DNA of 64,000 nucleotides from Escherichia coli (GTDB lineage Bacteria; Pseudomonadota; Gammaproteobacteria; Enterobacterales; Enterobacteriaceae): NCBI RefSeq assembly GCF_011045215.1, contig NZ_CP049201.1; one strand, 5' to 3'. Shown piece by piece: positions 11,145 to 20,538 of this stretch (position 1 is its first letter; each line of letters starts with the position of its first letter). The notes under the pieces were generated by a model. It saw only the letters and a program-made list of their open reading frames with translations, ran no database searches and was not told where the DNA came from. The position numbers and the translations under genes were made by a program.

Positions 11145-11250
11145 GATCTTTTTATTTGTTATTTTGCTGCCAATTGGAGTTATTTTTGGTGTTTTTTTGT
11201 GTTTTTGGTTTGTTTGTCTTTATTGTGTCGTTTTTGTAGATAAAAAGATC
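11145..11250 (+). promoter_or_regulatory. Pap-type phase-variation switch: two inverted GATC-containing sites with 102-bp spacing in a T-rich region upstream of the papB-like gene
   Basis: AAACGATCTTTTTA (GATC 11145-11148) and its reverse complement TAAAAAGATCGTTT (GATC 11247-11250); spacing and ACGATC context match the Lrp/Dam-controlled pap regulatory region. Confidence 0.6.
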
Positions 11251-11291
11251 GTTTTTTTGTTATTTACTGGGATAAAGTATCTATATATCCT

Positions 11292-11603
11292 GTGTGCGAA
11301 TTTTATTCTTTCTCTGTTTTATGGTTAAGGAGAAGATGTGCAAAAAAAGTAAAAGAGAAGGATGTTTTAATACCAGGAAAGGTATCTGAGTTTGTTTTTC
11401 CGTTGTTAATGGAGTTGTCTTCGGTTCGTAGTGAGAGGGTTATTTATGCGCTCAGGGATTTTCTTGTCTGGGGATATACAAGGAAGGAGGTATGTGAAAG
11501 GTATGGAGTGACTTACAGTTATTTTTCAAAGGCGTTAAAACGTGTTTGTCGGGTTGGTAATATTATTGTTTGTTTGCTGGAGCATTATCCATTTATTCAT
11601 TGA
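11292..11603 (+). CDS. PapB-family fimbrial transcriptional regulator
   Basis: 103 aa; ...LIPGKVSEFVFPLLMELSSVRSERVIYALRDFLVWGYTRKEVCERYGV... closely resembles PapB; ORF as given starts at GTG, true start uncertain. Confidence 0.8.
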   Translation: MCEFYSFSVLWLRRRCAKKVKEKDVLIPGKVSEFVFPLLMELSSVRSERVIYALRDFLVWGYTRKEVCERYGVTYSYFSKALKRVCRVGNIIVCLLEHYPFIH

Positions 11604-11713
11604 TTATTCTCTTAATTTATTATGTAGGTTGATATTAGCGTGTTTTTGTAAGCTTGCTAACACCAGCTGTACATCGTTTAAAGCTGGTTTATTTTTAGCA
11701 TTAAGGAGTTTAA

Positions 11714-12274
11714 ATGAAAATGATTAAAACTGTAATGGCAGGTGCTGTTGCTATGGCTCTGGTTTCTTTTGGTGCGAATGCGGATCCTGCAGCAGTAACA
11801 CTACCTGTAAACCAGGGGCAGGGTGTTGTTAATTTCAAAGGTACTGTGATTAATTCACCGTGCAGCATTGCTCAGGAATCAGCAGATCAGACTATTAATT
11901 TCGGTCAGATTTCTAAAAATCAGCTGGAAAAAGGGGGAACCTCAGTCCGGAAGGATCTTGATATTAAGCTGATGAATTGTGATGTTGCGGTAGGGAAAAA
12001 TGTCAGCGTTACTTTCACTGGTACAACAGTAAAAGGCGGTACTCCGCAGGAGCTTGGTACTACTGGTGATACTGGTACAGCTATTGCGCTGGCCAGTGCA
12101 GATGGTTCTCTGGTTACTTTTGATGGAACCACGCCAGGTGGCGCGACTCAACTGAAAAATGGTGACAACATCCTGAAATATTCTGCCTGGGTTAAAAAAT
12201 CCAGTGCAGCTGGTGCGACTATTAAAGAAGGTGACTTCTCTGCTGTTGCTAACTTTAACCTGACTTATCAGTAA
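11714..12274 (+). CDS. Major fimbrial subunit, PapA-like
   Basis: 186 aa; signal peptide, conserved Cys pair (SPCSIAQ...NCD), C-terminal ...FSAVANFNLTYQ; RBS AAGGAG upstream. Confidence 0.9.
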   Translation: MKMIKTVMAGAVAMALVSFGANADPAAVTLPVNQGQGVVNFKGTVINSPCSIAQESADQTINFGQISKNQLEKGGTSVRKDLDIKLMNCDVAVGKNVSVTFTGTTVKGGTPQELGTTGDTGTAIALASADGSLVTFDGTTPGGATQLKNGDNILKYSAWVKKSSAAGATIKEGDFSAVANFNLTYQ

Positions 12275-12306
12275 ATCATGCTCGCCGGTTTTTAACCGTT
12301 ATATAC

Positions 12307-12326
12307 GCAGGGGCGTCAGCCCCTGC
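12307..12326 (+). terminator. GC-rich hairpin after the major pilin gene (attenuator / mRNA-stabilising hairpin or weak terminator)
   Basis: GCAGGGGC-GTCA-GCCCCTGC, 8-bp stem; no strong T-tract after it. Confidence 0.35.
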
Positions 12327-12356
12327 CATTTCCGAAAAAGAATTAAGGCATGCTGT

Positions 12357-12941
12357 ATGTTCCGGTACGTAATTTTTTCGGTAACGTTCCTCTGGAGTGT
12401 CGTTGCTCTGGCGACATCGTCCACTTTTCCTCCGCCGGGAATGACGCTGCCTGAATACTGGGGAGAGAAATATGTCTGGTGGCATGGCCGGGCAAGTTTT
12501 AAGGGGCAGGTGATAGCTCCGGCCTGCACGCTGGTTATGGCTGACACCTGGCAGGTTATTGATATGGGTAATACACCTGTTCGCGATTTACAAAACAGCT
12601 TTATGGGTCCTGAAAAGAAGTTTCGTCTGCGGTTACAGAATTGTGAACTGGCGGCAACAGGCGGGAGGGTTTATACAGCAGGTCGTGTGCGGATGACCTT
12701 TGATGGTTTGCAGGGAGAGACTCCCGATAAATTTTCGCTGACCGGGCAGGCGAAAGGTATCAGTCTGCAGATACTGGATAACCAGGGGTATTCGGCCCGT
12801 GTTGGTAAAGCTATGCCGCCGTTATTGCTGAACGGGGACAAAGAAGGACTGGTTTATACTCTGCGGGTTGTCCGGAATGGTGAGCCGTTAAAGGCAGGAG
12901 ATTATTACGCGGCATTACGTTTCAGGGTGGATTACGATTAA
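12357..12941 (+). CDS. PapH-like pilus termination/anchor subunit
   Basis: 194 aa; ...FPPPGMTLPEYWGE...WWHGRASFKGQVIAPACTL...VRDLQN...RFRVDYD matches PapH closely. Confidence 0.9.
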   Translation: MFRYVIFSVTFLWSVVALATSSTFPPPGMTLPEYWGEKYVWWHGRASFKGQVIAPACTLVMADTWQVIDMGNTPVRDLQNSFMGPEKKFRLRLQNCELAATGGRVYTAGRVRMTFDGLQGETPDKFSLTGQAKGISLQILDNQGYSARVGKAMPPLLLNGDKEGLVYTLRVVRNGEPLKAGDYYAALRFRVDYD

Positions 12942-13079
12942 CAGAATAAAACAAAAATAAAGACCAGTAACAGGATGGGTATTTTCCTGTAGTGTGTGTT
13001 TCTGAAAAGAATCTGAAATTAATCCTGTAATTGGGAGGGATATCCCTTTTTTGTGGGGGGTAAAGGGTGGTGGCCGGTT

Positions 13080-15629
13080 ATGAAAAATAATAACGCGTTT
13101 ATATTGAATATGCCTTTTGTTGTTAATGGCATTACATGTGCGTTGATGTTTTCTTTGGCAGTTATGCCTGTTCATGCTGTCGATTTTAATACTGATATTC
13201 TGGATGCGGAAGATAAACAGAATATTGATATATCCAGGTTCTCTCAGGCGGGGTATATCATGCCTGGTGAATATCAGATGGACATCAGGGTTAATGACCA
13301 GGGGATTTCGCCTTCTGCGTTTTTGGTGAAATTTCTGGAGCCATCAGCCTCCGGTACTGACGAAAAGAAGTTGATGCCGCAGGCCTGTCTGACACCAGAA
13401 GTTGTTCAGCGTATAGGGCTGACGCCAGCATCACTGGATAAAGTGACATACTGGAATAACGGACAGTGTGCTGACTTCAGTCGGTTGCCCGGTGTGGAAA
13501 TTCGCCCCAATCCGGCAGAGGGGATGCTTTATATAAATATGCCGCAGGCGTGGCTGGAGTATTCCGATGCTTCCTGGTTGCCGCCGTCCCGCTGGGATAA
13601 CGGTATTCCGGGGTTGTTGTTTGACTACAACATCAACGGGACAGTAAACAGGCAGCATCAGGGGAGTCAGTCACAGTCACTGAGTTATAACGGGACGACG
13701 GGTGCCAATTTCGGTGCCTGGCGTCTGCGTGCGGACTATCAGGGGAGTCTGAATCGCACTACCGGCAGTGGGCAGGGGGGGACGGACAGCCAGTTTACCT
13801 GGAGTCGCTTCTATCTGTACCGGGCCATCCCGCGCTGGCGCGCGAAGCTTACACTGGGTGAGGATTTTATCAATTCTGCTGTTTTCAGTTCATGGCGATA
13901 TATCGGTGCCCGTCTGGAAAGTGATGAGCGTATGTTGCCACCAAAACTGCGTGGTTATGCTCCTCAGATATCAGGGATTGCGAATACGAATGCGCGCGTC
14001 GTGGTTTCACAACAGGGACGGGTTCTGTATGACTCAACCGTACCGGCGGGACCGTTCACCATTCAGGACCTGGACAGTTCCGTGCGCGGGCGTCTGGATG
14101 TTGAAATTATTGAACAGAATGGACAGAAAAAAACATTCCAGGTCAATACTGCGTACGTACCGTACCTGACCCGGCCGGGGCGGGTACGGTACAAACTGGT
14201 TTCAGGGCGTTCTCGCGGATACGAGCACACGACTGAAGGTCCGGTATTTATGGCCGGGGAAGCATCCTGGGGTATCAGTAACAAGTGGTCACTTTACGGT
14301 GGTGGTATCGTTGCCGGGGATTATAACGCTCTGGCGGTGGGGCTTGGTCGCGACCTGAACGAGTTTGGCACAGTATCAGCGGATGTGACGCAGTCTGTGG
14401 CCCGTATTCCTGGAGAGGCGTTGAGGCAGGGTAAATCCTGGCGCCTGAGCTACTCCAAGCGTTTTGATGACGTAAATGCGGATATCACCTTTGCGGGTTA
14501 CCGCTTTTCTGAACGCAACTACATGACCATGCAGCAATACCTGGATGCCCGCTACCGTCATGATTTTACAGGGCGGGAAAAGGAGCAGTACGATGTTTCG
14601 CTGAACAAGGGGCTTGAAGATGGCAAAACATCAGTCGGCTTTCAGTACAGTCATCAGACGTACTGGGACCAGCGCACATCAAATTATTACACATTATCGC
14701 TGAACCGTTATTTCGATATATCAGACCTTAAAAATATTTCCGTGAGTCTGAGTGCTTCCCGCTCCCGGTATCAGCAGAGAAACGGCAATGAGGGAGGAAC
14801 GTATAACGATTCCGTATATCTGCGGCTGTCCGTGCCATGGGGGAACGGAACGCTCAGTTACAACGGTGGTATGAGTAATGACCGTTACACCAATACAGTG
14901 AGTTACAACAGTACGCTGAACGGTGGCCTGGACAACTACAACCTGAGTGTCGGGCTGGACAGTGGTGGAGGACAGAAAACACAGGGACAGGTGAGTGGTT
15001 ATTACGGTCACAGTAGCCCGCTGGCAAATGTGTCAGCCAGTTTCTCTGCCGTGGAGAACGGTTACACGTCATTCGGTATGAGCGCATCCGGTGGTGCAAC
15101 GATTACCGCGAAAGGTGCGGCCCTGCATGCAGGGGGCATGAACGGAGGAACCCGGCTGTTGGTGGACACTGATGGTGTTGGAGGCGTGCCTGTCGACGGC
15201 GGCCGGGTTTCCACTAACCGCTGGGGAATTGGTGTGGTGACGGATGTGAGCAGTTATTACCGCAACACCACTACGGTTGACCTGAACAAACTGCCGGATG
15301 ATATGGAAGCCACCCGCTCGGTGGTGGAGTCGGTCCTGACGGAAGGGGCTATTGGTTACAGGGAGTTTGAAGTCCTGAAAGGAGCCCGTTTGTTTGCTGT
15401 GTTGCGTCTGGCAGACAACAGCCATCCGCCATTTGGTGCCAGCGTGACAAACGCAAAAGGCCGTGAACTGGGGATGGTGGCAGACAGTGGTCTGGCCTGG
15501 CTGAGTGGGGTAAGCCCGGGTGAAACCCTTAATGTGGGCTGGGACGGTAAAACACAGTGTGTGGTGGATATCCCGAAAAAAACGGACCCGGCACAGCAAC
15601 TGCTGCTGCCCTGCCGTAAGGCGAACTGA
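13080..15629 (+). CDS. Fimbrial usher, PapC-like
   Basis: ORF 13053..15629 (858 aa), likely start at Met 13080 (MKNNNAF...); usher-sized, signal peptide, ...VDFNTDILDAEDKQNIDISRFSQAGYIMPGEY... typical usher N-terminus. Confidence 0.95.
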   Translation: MKNNNAFILNMPFVVNGITCALMFSLAVMPVHAVDFNTDILDAEDKQNIDISRFSQAGYIMPGEYQMDIRVNDQGISPSAFLVKFLEPSASGTDEKKLMPQACLTPEVVQRIGLTPASLDKVTYWNNGQCADFSRLPGVEIRPNPAEGMLYINMPQAWLEYSDASWLPPSRWDNGIPGLLFDYNINGTVNRQHQGSQSQSLSYNGTTGANFGAWRLRADYQGSLNRTTGSGQGGTDSQFTWSRFYLYRAIPRWRAKLTLGEDFINSAVFSSWRYIGARLESDERMLPPKLRGYAPQISGIANTNARVVVSQQGRVLYDSTVPAGPFTIQDLDSSVRGRLDVEIIEQNGQKKTFQVNTAYVPYLTRPGRVRYKLVSGRSRGYEHTTEGPVFMAGEASWGISNKWSLYGGGIVAGDYNALAVGLGRDLNEFGTVSADVTQSVARIPGEALRQGKSWRLSYSKRFDDVNADITFAGYRFSERNYMTMQQYLDARYRHDFTGREKEQYDVSLNKGLEDGKTSVGFQYSHQTYWDQRTSNYYTLSLNRYFDISDLKNISVSLSASRSRYQQRNGNEGGTYNDSVYLRLSVPWGNGTLSYNGGMSNDRYTNTVSYNSTLNGGLDNYNLSVGLDSGGGQKTQGQVSGYYGHSSPLANVSASFSAVENGYTSFGMSASGGATITAKGAALHAGGMNGGTRLLVDTDGVGGVPVDGGRVSTNRWGIGVVTDVSSYYRNTTTVDLNKLPDDMEATRSVVESVLTEGAIGYREFEVLKGARLFAVLRLADNSHPPFGASVTNAKGRELGMVADSGLAWLSGVSPGETLNVGWDGKTQCVVDIPKKTDPAQQLLLPCRKAN

Positions 15630-15758
15630 TGGAACGAGGGGCTGACTGCCGGTCATCTTACACCGGCTGGCAGTCAGTAACCCCGTACAGGCATGAATCG
15701 ATAAGCGGACGGTGTTGCGCCACAGGCGACACCGGAACCAGAACTGAGAGAAGAAAAG

Positions 15759-16490
15759 ATGCTGAAAATGAAACCGGCGCTGAAAAAAACGCTGATGGCG
15801 GTAGCGTGCCTGAGCGCAGTACCGGCAGCCCAGGCTGCCATCTCCCTGGACCGTACGCGTGCGATTTTTAACGGTGGTGAGAAATCGATGACACTGAATA
15901 TCGCCAATGATAACAAACAGCTCCCCTACCTGGCGCAGGCCTGGATAGAGAATGAGAAACAGGAAAAAATCACCACGGGGCCGGTTATTGCCACACCACC
16001 GGTACAGCGTCTTGAGCCTGGAAGTAAAAGTATGGTGCGCCTTTCCACAACTCCGGACATCAGTAAACTGCCACAGGACCGGGAATCTCTGTTCTACTTC
16101 AACCTTCGTGAAATTCCTCCGAAGAGTGATAAGGCGAATGTGCTGCAGATAGCCCTGCAGACCAAAATCAAGCTGTTTTACCGCCCGAAAGCCATTGAGG
16201 CGAAACCCAATGCAGTCTGGCAGGACCAGCTGGTACTGAACAAAACCAGTGGAGGTTACCGGATTGAAAACCCGACGCCGTATTACGTGACGGTGATTGG
16301 CCTTGGCGGCAGTGAAAAACAGGCGAAGGAAGGCGAGTTTGAGGCCGTGATGCTGGCACCGAAGTCCACGCAGACGGTGAAATCCGGAACATACAGTACG
16401 CCGTACCTGAGCTACATCAACGACTACGGCGGACGTCCGGTTCTGCCGTTCAGCTGCAGCGGAGACCGCTGTACGGCGGTGAAGAAATAA
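15759..16490 (+). CDS. Periplasmic fimbrial chaperone, PapD-like
   Basis: 243 aa; signal peptide, ...SLDRTRAIFNGGEKSMTLNIANDN...LFYFNLREIPP... chaperone motifs. Confidence 0.95.
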   Translation: MLKMKPALKKTLMAVACLSAVPAAQAAISLDRTRAIFNGGEKSMTLNIANDNKQLPYLAQAWIENEKQEKITTGPVIATPPVQRLEPGSKSMVRLSTTPDISKLPQDRESLFYFNLREIPPKSDKANVLQIALQTKIKLFYRPKAIEAKPNAVWQDQLVLNKTSGGYRIENPTPYYVTVIGLGGSEKQAKEGEFEAVMLAPKSTQTVKSGTYSTPYLSYINDYGGRPVLPFSCSGDRCTAVKK

Positions 16491-16516
16491 GCACGCAGTA
16501 ACAGGATTAACCGGAG

Positions 16517-17113
16517 GTGCCGGAGATGAACAGGACAACGACAGGACTCTGTCTGGCTGCGCTGCTGGTGAGCTGCAGCATGAACAGTGTACTGCGGGCA
16601 GATGAAATTGTGCCACAGAACGATTTTTTCGTGGCGGATGAAAGCCGTCACCAGTGGGTGAGTGAACGTAATGGCCGTACCGGGATGCTGACAGTTCGTG
16701 GTGCGCTGCTGTCATCCCCGTGCACGCTGGAGACGAATGAGGTGGAGCTGCCGTTACAAAAAAGCACGGAAGGCATCATGACGCGTTATGTGCTGAAGCT
16801 GAATCTGCTGGGGTGTGGTGACGGTGGTGCGGTGACATCAGCCGGTTCGGTGGCAGGGCGTGACAGCATGATGGTGATGCAGAGTGCCCTGCTGACGGGA
16901 GTGGAGGACGGCGTGCTGCAGCCGGAACAGCGGATGGTCAGCACGGGGCGTGCTGTTGTGTACGGTGGTGCGAATCAGTTCACATACTGGCTGAGTGAGT
17001 CGCAGCAACAGGCCCTGGTGGGACGGCGGGTGACAGAGCGTATGCAGGGGAAACGGCACCTGAATCCACGGGAAAATCCAGCCCTGTTACGTCTGCGGCT
17101 GGATTATGAATGA
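16517..17113 (+). CDS. PapJ-like pilus assembly protein
   Basis: 198 aa, signal peptide, position after chaperone, C-terminal ...LRLRLDYE. Confidence 0.7.
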   Translation: MPEMNRTTTGLCLAALLVSCSMNSVLRADEIVPQNDFFVADESRHQWVSERNGRTGMLTVRGALLSSPCTLETNEVELPLQKSTEGIMTRYVLKLNLLGCGDGGAVTSAGSVAGRDSMMVMQSALLTGVEDGVLQPEQRMVSTGRAVVYGGANQFTYWLSESQQQALVGRRVTERMQGKRHLNPRENPALLRLRLDYE

Positions 17114-17697
17114 ATACAGGGGGGAGCGGTATGAGAGGAATATTTTCCGGGACTGGTATTGTCTGTCTGGCAGGTTGTCTGCCTTTGTTATTCAGTCTGT
17201 CTGCCGGGGCAGTGAATGTCACATTTGATGGTGAGCTGTTTGACAGTCCCTGTCAGATAGCACCTGACAGCCTGAATCAGACCGTACAGTTTATGGAGCG
17301 TCCGGTAAAGGATTTTCAGTATGCGCCCGGGCGGGGGCCTGCCGAGGGGTTCAGTATCCGTTTGCTGAGGTGTGACACGAATGCTATCCGGAAAACGGTG
17401 AAGCTGACATTCAGCGGTAACCGGGAAAGTGGCATGAAAGAGCGGGCTGATTATTTTCTGAAGGTGACAGGTCCTGACGCAGGGAAGCTGGCGGTTGGTC
17501 TGCTGGATACGGATGGTGTCACGCCAGTGAAACTGGGTGAGGTTCATAATCATGGGCAGGGTACTTCCATTGACCGGGATACGCTGCAGCTTAATTTTAA
17601 AGCTTATGTACAGGCAACACCTGATGCACTGGCACAGAAAAGTGTGACCCCGGGGGGGTATGAATCAACAGCGAATTTTGAGTTGTTTTATGAGTGA
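17110..17697 (+). CDS. PapK-like minor pilin (adaptor)
   Basis: 195 aa; ATGA overlap with preceding gene; pilin Cys pair and C-terminal ...ANFELFYE. Confidence 0.75.
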   Translation: MNTGGSGMRGIFSGTGIVCLAGCLPLLFSLSAGAVNVTFDGELFDSPCQIAPDSLNQTVQFMERPVKDFQYAPGRGPAEGFSIRLLRCDTNAIRKTVKLTFSGNRESGMKERADYFLKVTGPDAGKLAVGLLDTDGVTPVKLGEVHNHGQGTSIDRDTLQLNFKAYVQATPDALAQKSVTPGGYESTANFELFYE

Positions 17698-17844
17698 CAG
17701 AAGGCATGGTTCGGGCAAAGGAATTCACCGGACTGTGTATGGTCCTGATGTTAATGAGGTACATTTGTGTACATGACAGGGGATGCAGGGACAGATCTGG
17801 TGGCTGAAACAAAGTGACAGAAAACTGGCTGAAGAGGTAATAAA

Positions 17845-18411
17845 ATGAAGAATATACCAGTTTCAGCGAAATTATTGCTGATGTTAATGGGGGCTGTTTT
17901 CTTCTTCGGAATACAGTCTGCCATTGCAGTGGATATTAATATAAAAATTACTGGGGAAATTTATATTCCTCCGTGCAAAATTAACGGTAATGACGAAGAA
18001 ATACAGGTGTCTTTTGGTAATATGTCGCTGTATGACGTTGACGGACATAAAAATGCTGTTACCAAAAATATTACGGTAAACTGTGATTATTATCAGGGAA
18101 CACCTTATATCCGGATGGACGGAATGGTGTTATCTGGTGCCGGAGATAATGTTCTTAAGACAACTGGAGCCAATTCGTCAACGCTGGGGGTTGCCTTGTA
18201 TCAGGGGAGTGATGTGAACAACTCTTATCCTTTGAGGATCGGTGCCGGAGATCAGGGTAAGTATGGATATAAAATTACACGAGGGCTGACAGGGCAGAAT
18301 ACAGCGACGGGGCAGTTTACTTTTACAGCGGTACCATGGAAGCTGGGTGGCGGAACATTGAATGCCGGAAAATTCAGTGCGGTAGCAACAATGAGTATCA
18401 GTTATTTATAA
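17845..18411 (+). CDS. PapE-like minor pilin; first gene of the AT-rich distal cassette
   Basis: 188 aa, signal peptide, Cys pair (PPCKING...NCDYY), C-terminal ...ATMSISYL. Confidence 0.7.
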   Translation: MKNIPVSAKLLLMLMGAVFFFGIQSAIAVDINIKITGEIYIPPCKINGNDEEIQVSFGNMSLYDVDGHKNAVTKNITVNCDYYQGTPYIRMDGMVLSGAGDNVLKTTGANSSTLGVALYQGSDVNNSYPLRIGAGDQGKYGYKITRGLTGQNTATGQFTFTAVPWKLGGGTLNAGKFSAVATMSISYL

Positions 18412-18578
18412 AATAAATCTGATTTTGTAGGAAAAAAGATGAGATGGCTGGAAAAGATGAGATGGCTGGAGTGTGTTAGTTTTGTTTAGACTGGTTATGA
18501 TGAATATCGGTGGGCAATGAAAAAAGTACACAGCGTTGTCGTGAGTGGAATGATACCAATAAGCAAGGCAATTAACTA

Positions 18579-19538
18579 ATGATTAAGTTTGTGATTAGTT
18601 TTCTGTTTTTTGTTCTTTATTCGGTAAGTGCTTATGGAGCTGATTGTGCGGTTATATATAGTCTCCCATTAACTCTTACGGGGGCACAAAGTGGTCTGAG
18701 CTGGAGTGGAAGCGTAGGCGGACATGGCGTTGGGAGTTATATTTCTACTTGTCCGAGACCTTATAAATATGATTACAGATATAATATCGTTTCGAAAAAC
18801 GCAGTTTGCACAAATCTGGCTGATAGTAAGAATTATATCGTAACAGTTAGTACTATTGGTGCGAGTGTGGATACTGGTGCTATGGAGCGATATCCTGATT
18901 TATATAGTGGTAATGAATCATTTGAAGTATGGGGGAAATCATATCCTGCTGGTGGAATTCCCCTTGCAGGAAGTGCTCAAATTTATGGTTTTTATACAAC
19001 AAGAATTACTATGGATATAAGCTCGTTGCCTGTCGGTTCTTTTTCTTGTGTGATAAAAAATACTCATGGGGCTTATGGTAGCGAGACCAATAACCCGGAG
19101 AGTGGTAGTAAGTTAATTTTTAACAGAGCTCTCTCTTTAGGAGCATCAGGTTGGGCTACAGGAAGAGTGAATGTGTCTGTTAATAGTGCGTGTCGTATAA
19201 ATAATGATCAAGGCTCGCTTGATGTAAGGCATGATAATATTGTCTCTGGTTCAGATAGTATAAAGGTTGTGTCAGTGCCGATTATCTGTAATAAAAATAG
19301 TAGTATTGTTGTTCGATTGAGTGGAGGGATGGTTCAAAATGATGGCGTATTAATAAATGTCGGCGAGTCGAAAAGTTTAGTAAGTGTTTCGGCATATGAT
19401 GGTGGTGAGGGTGCTGCAAGGTTGTCCATGGATGTGGCAAGCAATGTAAATACAAGCGTTTTTGTTAGAAGTAAACTGAAAGCTAAAGGGGGGGGGAGGC
19501 AATCAGGAAATATAATTATGAGTGTTACCTATAATTAA
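18579..19538 (+). CDS. Fimbrial tip adhesin-like protein 1 (putative two-domain: N-terminal receptor-binding region + C-terminal pilin domain)
   Basis: 319 aa, signal peptide, size ~2x a pilin, C-terminal pilin-like disulfide pair and terminal ...IIMSVTYN. Confidence 0.6.
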   Translation: MIKFVISFLFFVLYSVSAYGADCAVIYSLPLTLTGAQSGLSWSGSVGGHGVGSYISTCPRPYKYDYRYNIVSKNAVCTNLADSKNYIVTVSTIGASVDTGAMERYPDLYSGNESFEVWGKSYPAGGIPLAGSAQIYGFYTTRITMDISSLPVGSFSCVIKNTHGAYGSETNNPESGSKLIFNRALSLGASGWATGRVNVSVNSACRINNDQGSLDVRHDNIVSGSDSIKVVSVPIICNKNSSIVVRLSGGMVQNDGVLINVGESKSLVSVSAYDGGEGAARLSMDVASNVNTSVFVRSKLKAKGGGRQSGNIIMSVTYN

Positions 19539-19576
19539 AAAATAAGATGTGTCCAGGCTTGCTCAGGGGGGGGAGA

Positions 19577-20506
19577 ATGCTTAAGTTTGCAGGAAGTATC
19601 ATATTATTGATTATTTCATTATCTTGTTCGGCGGACTGGAATGTCAGAGGGATGAGTAATACTATAACATCGATAAATGCTTCTGTTAATTCTGATGCAT
19701 CTATATCGATAGCATTGAGCGGTTCAAGATATCCCAGTAATTCATTTAAGTGTAATGTTTCTTCTGGGGAGTATATTTATAACACATGGAGATATCTGGT
19801 ATGGTTTCTTGAAGATATAAATATAGATGGTAAAAATATTTCTTTTACTGCGCCAGATAAATTATATGATTCAGTTGGTGGTAACTTTGATGTTGAAAAG
19901 TGGCAGTGGGTGAATAATGGAAAATCTCTGATTTTAGTAGCCAGAAACACCAGTGGAGGCATAAGTGATAAAAGAATGTGTTGGGAAGGTGAATCATATA
20001 GCTTTAATACTAATCTTGTCGGGAATGCTGTTGGGATTACATTACCGGCAGGAGAACATTATGTTAGTTTTGGTTTGAGGGTAATGCGAATTCAGGCATC
20101 TGAGGATGCGAATTTTGTATATAATTTGGCTATTGCAAATTATTTTCGTTCTCCTGTAACACTAATAAAGGCACCAGTAAACATTGCTTCATACTGTATC
20201 AGCAAAAGCGGAGATTTACTTACTTTAAATTATGGAGCGTTCTCTGCTGGTTCGGCTAATGGAAGAGTATCTTCAGCAAAATTTGATTATGAATGTAACC
20301 TGGATACCGCCCTGCCAAAGGTGATTTTACAGGGGAGTGAAGTGTCATTGTGTGATGGATTGACAGCAAAACTTACGGCACATACAGAACGGGCGAATAA
20401 CTATAATTTCAGGACAATTTTTACGAGCACATTATATGGTACGGCGTCATCTTCTTGTGTGGGAAAATTTTCAAAGGTTGTGGTGGCGACATTAACCCCT
20501 CCATAA
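19577..20506 (+). CDS. Fimbrial tip adhesin-like protein 2 (putative two-domain)
   Basis: ORF 19547..20506; likely start at Met 19577 (MLKFAGSIILLIISLSCSA signal peptide); Cys pair in C-terminal half; atypical end ...VVATLTPP. Confidence 0.5.
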   Translation: MLKFAGSIILLIISLSCSADWNVRGMSNTITSINASVNSDASISIALSGSRYPSNSFKCNVSSGEYIYNTWRYLVWFLEDINIDGKNISFTAPDKLYDSVGGNFDVEKWQWVNNGKSLILVARNTSGGISDKRMCWEGESYSFNTNLVGNAVGITLPAGEHYVSFGLRVMRIQASEDANFVYNLAIANYFRSPVTLIKAPVNIASYCISKSGDLLTLNYGAFSAGSANGRVSSAKFDYECNLDTALPKVILQGSEVSLCDGLTAKLTAHTERANNYNFRTIFTSTLYGTASSSCVGKFSKVVVATLTPP

Positions 20507-20538
20507 TATGAAGTGTTATACTTTCGGGTTGGTGATAT

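Noticed and set aside
15069-16715. 548-aa ORF on the minus strand
   Set aside because: Lies antisense to the confidently assigned usher and chaperone genes; Arg/Ser/Cys-rich composition typical of spurious antisense frames
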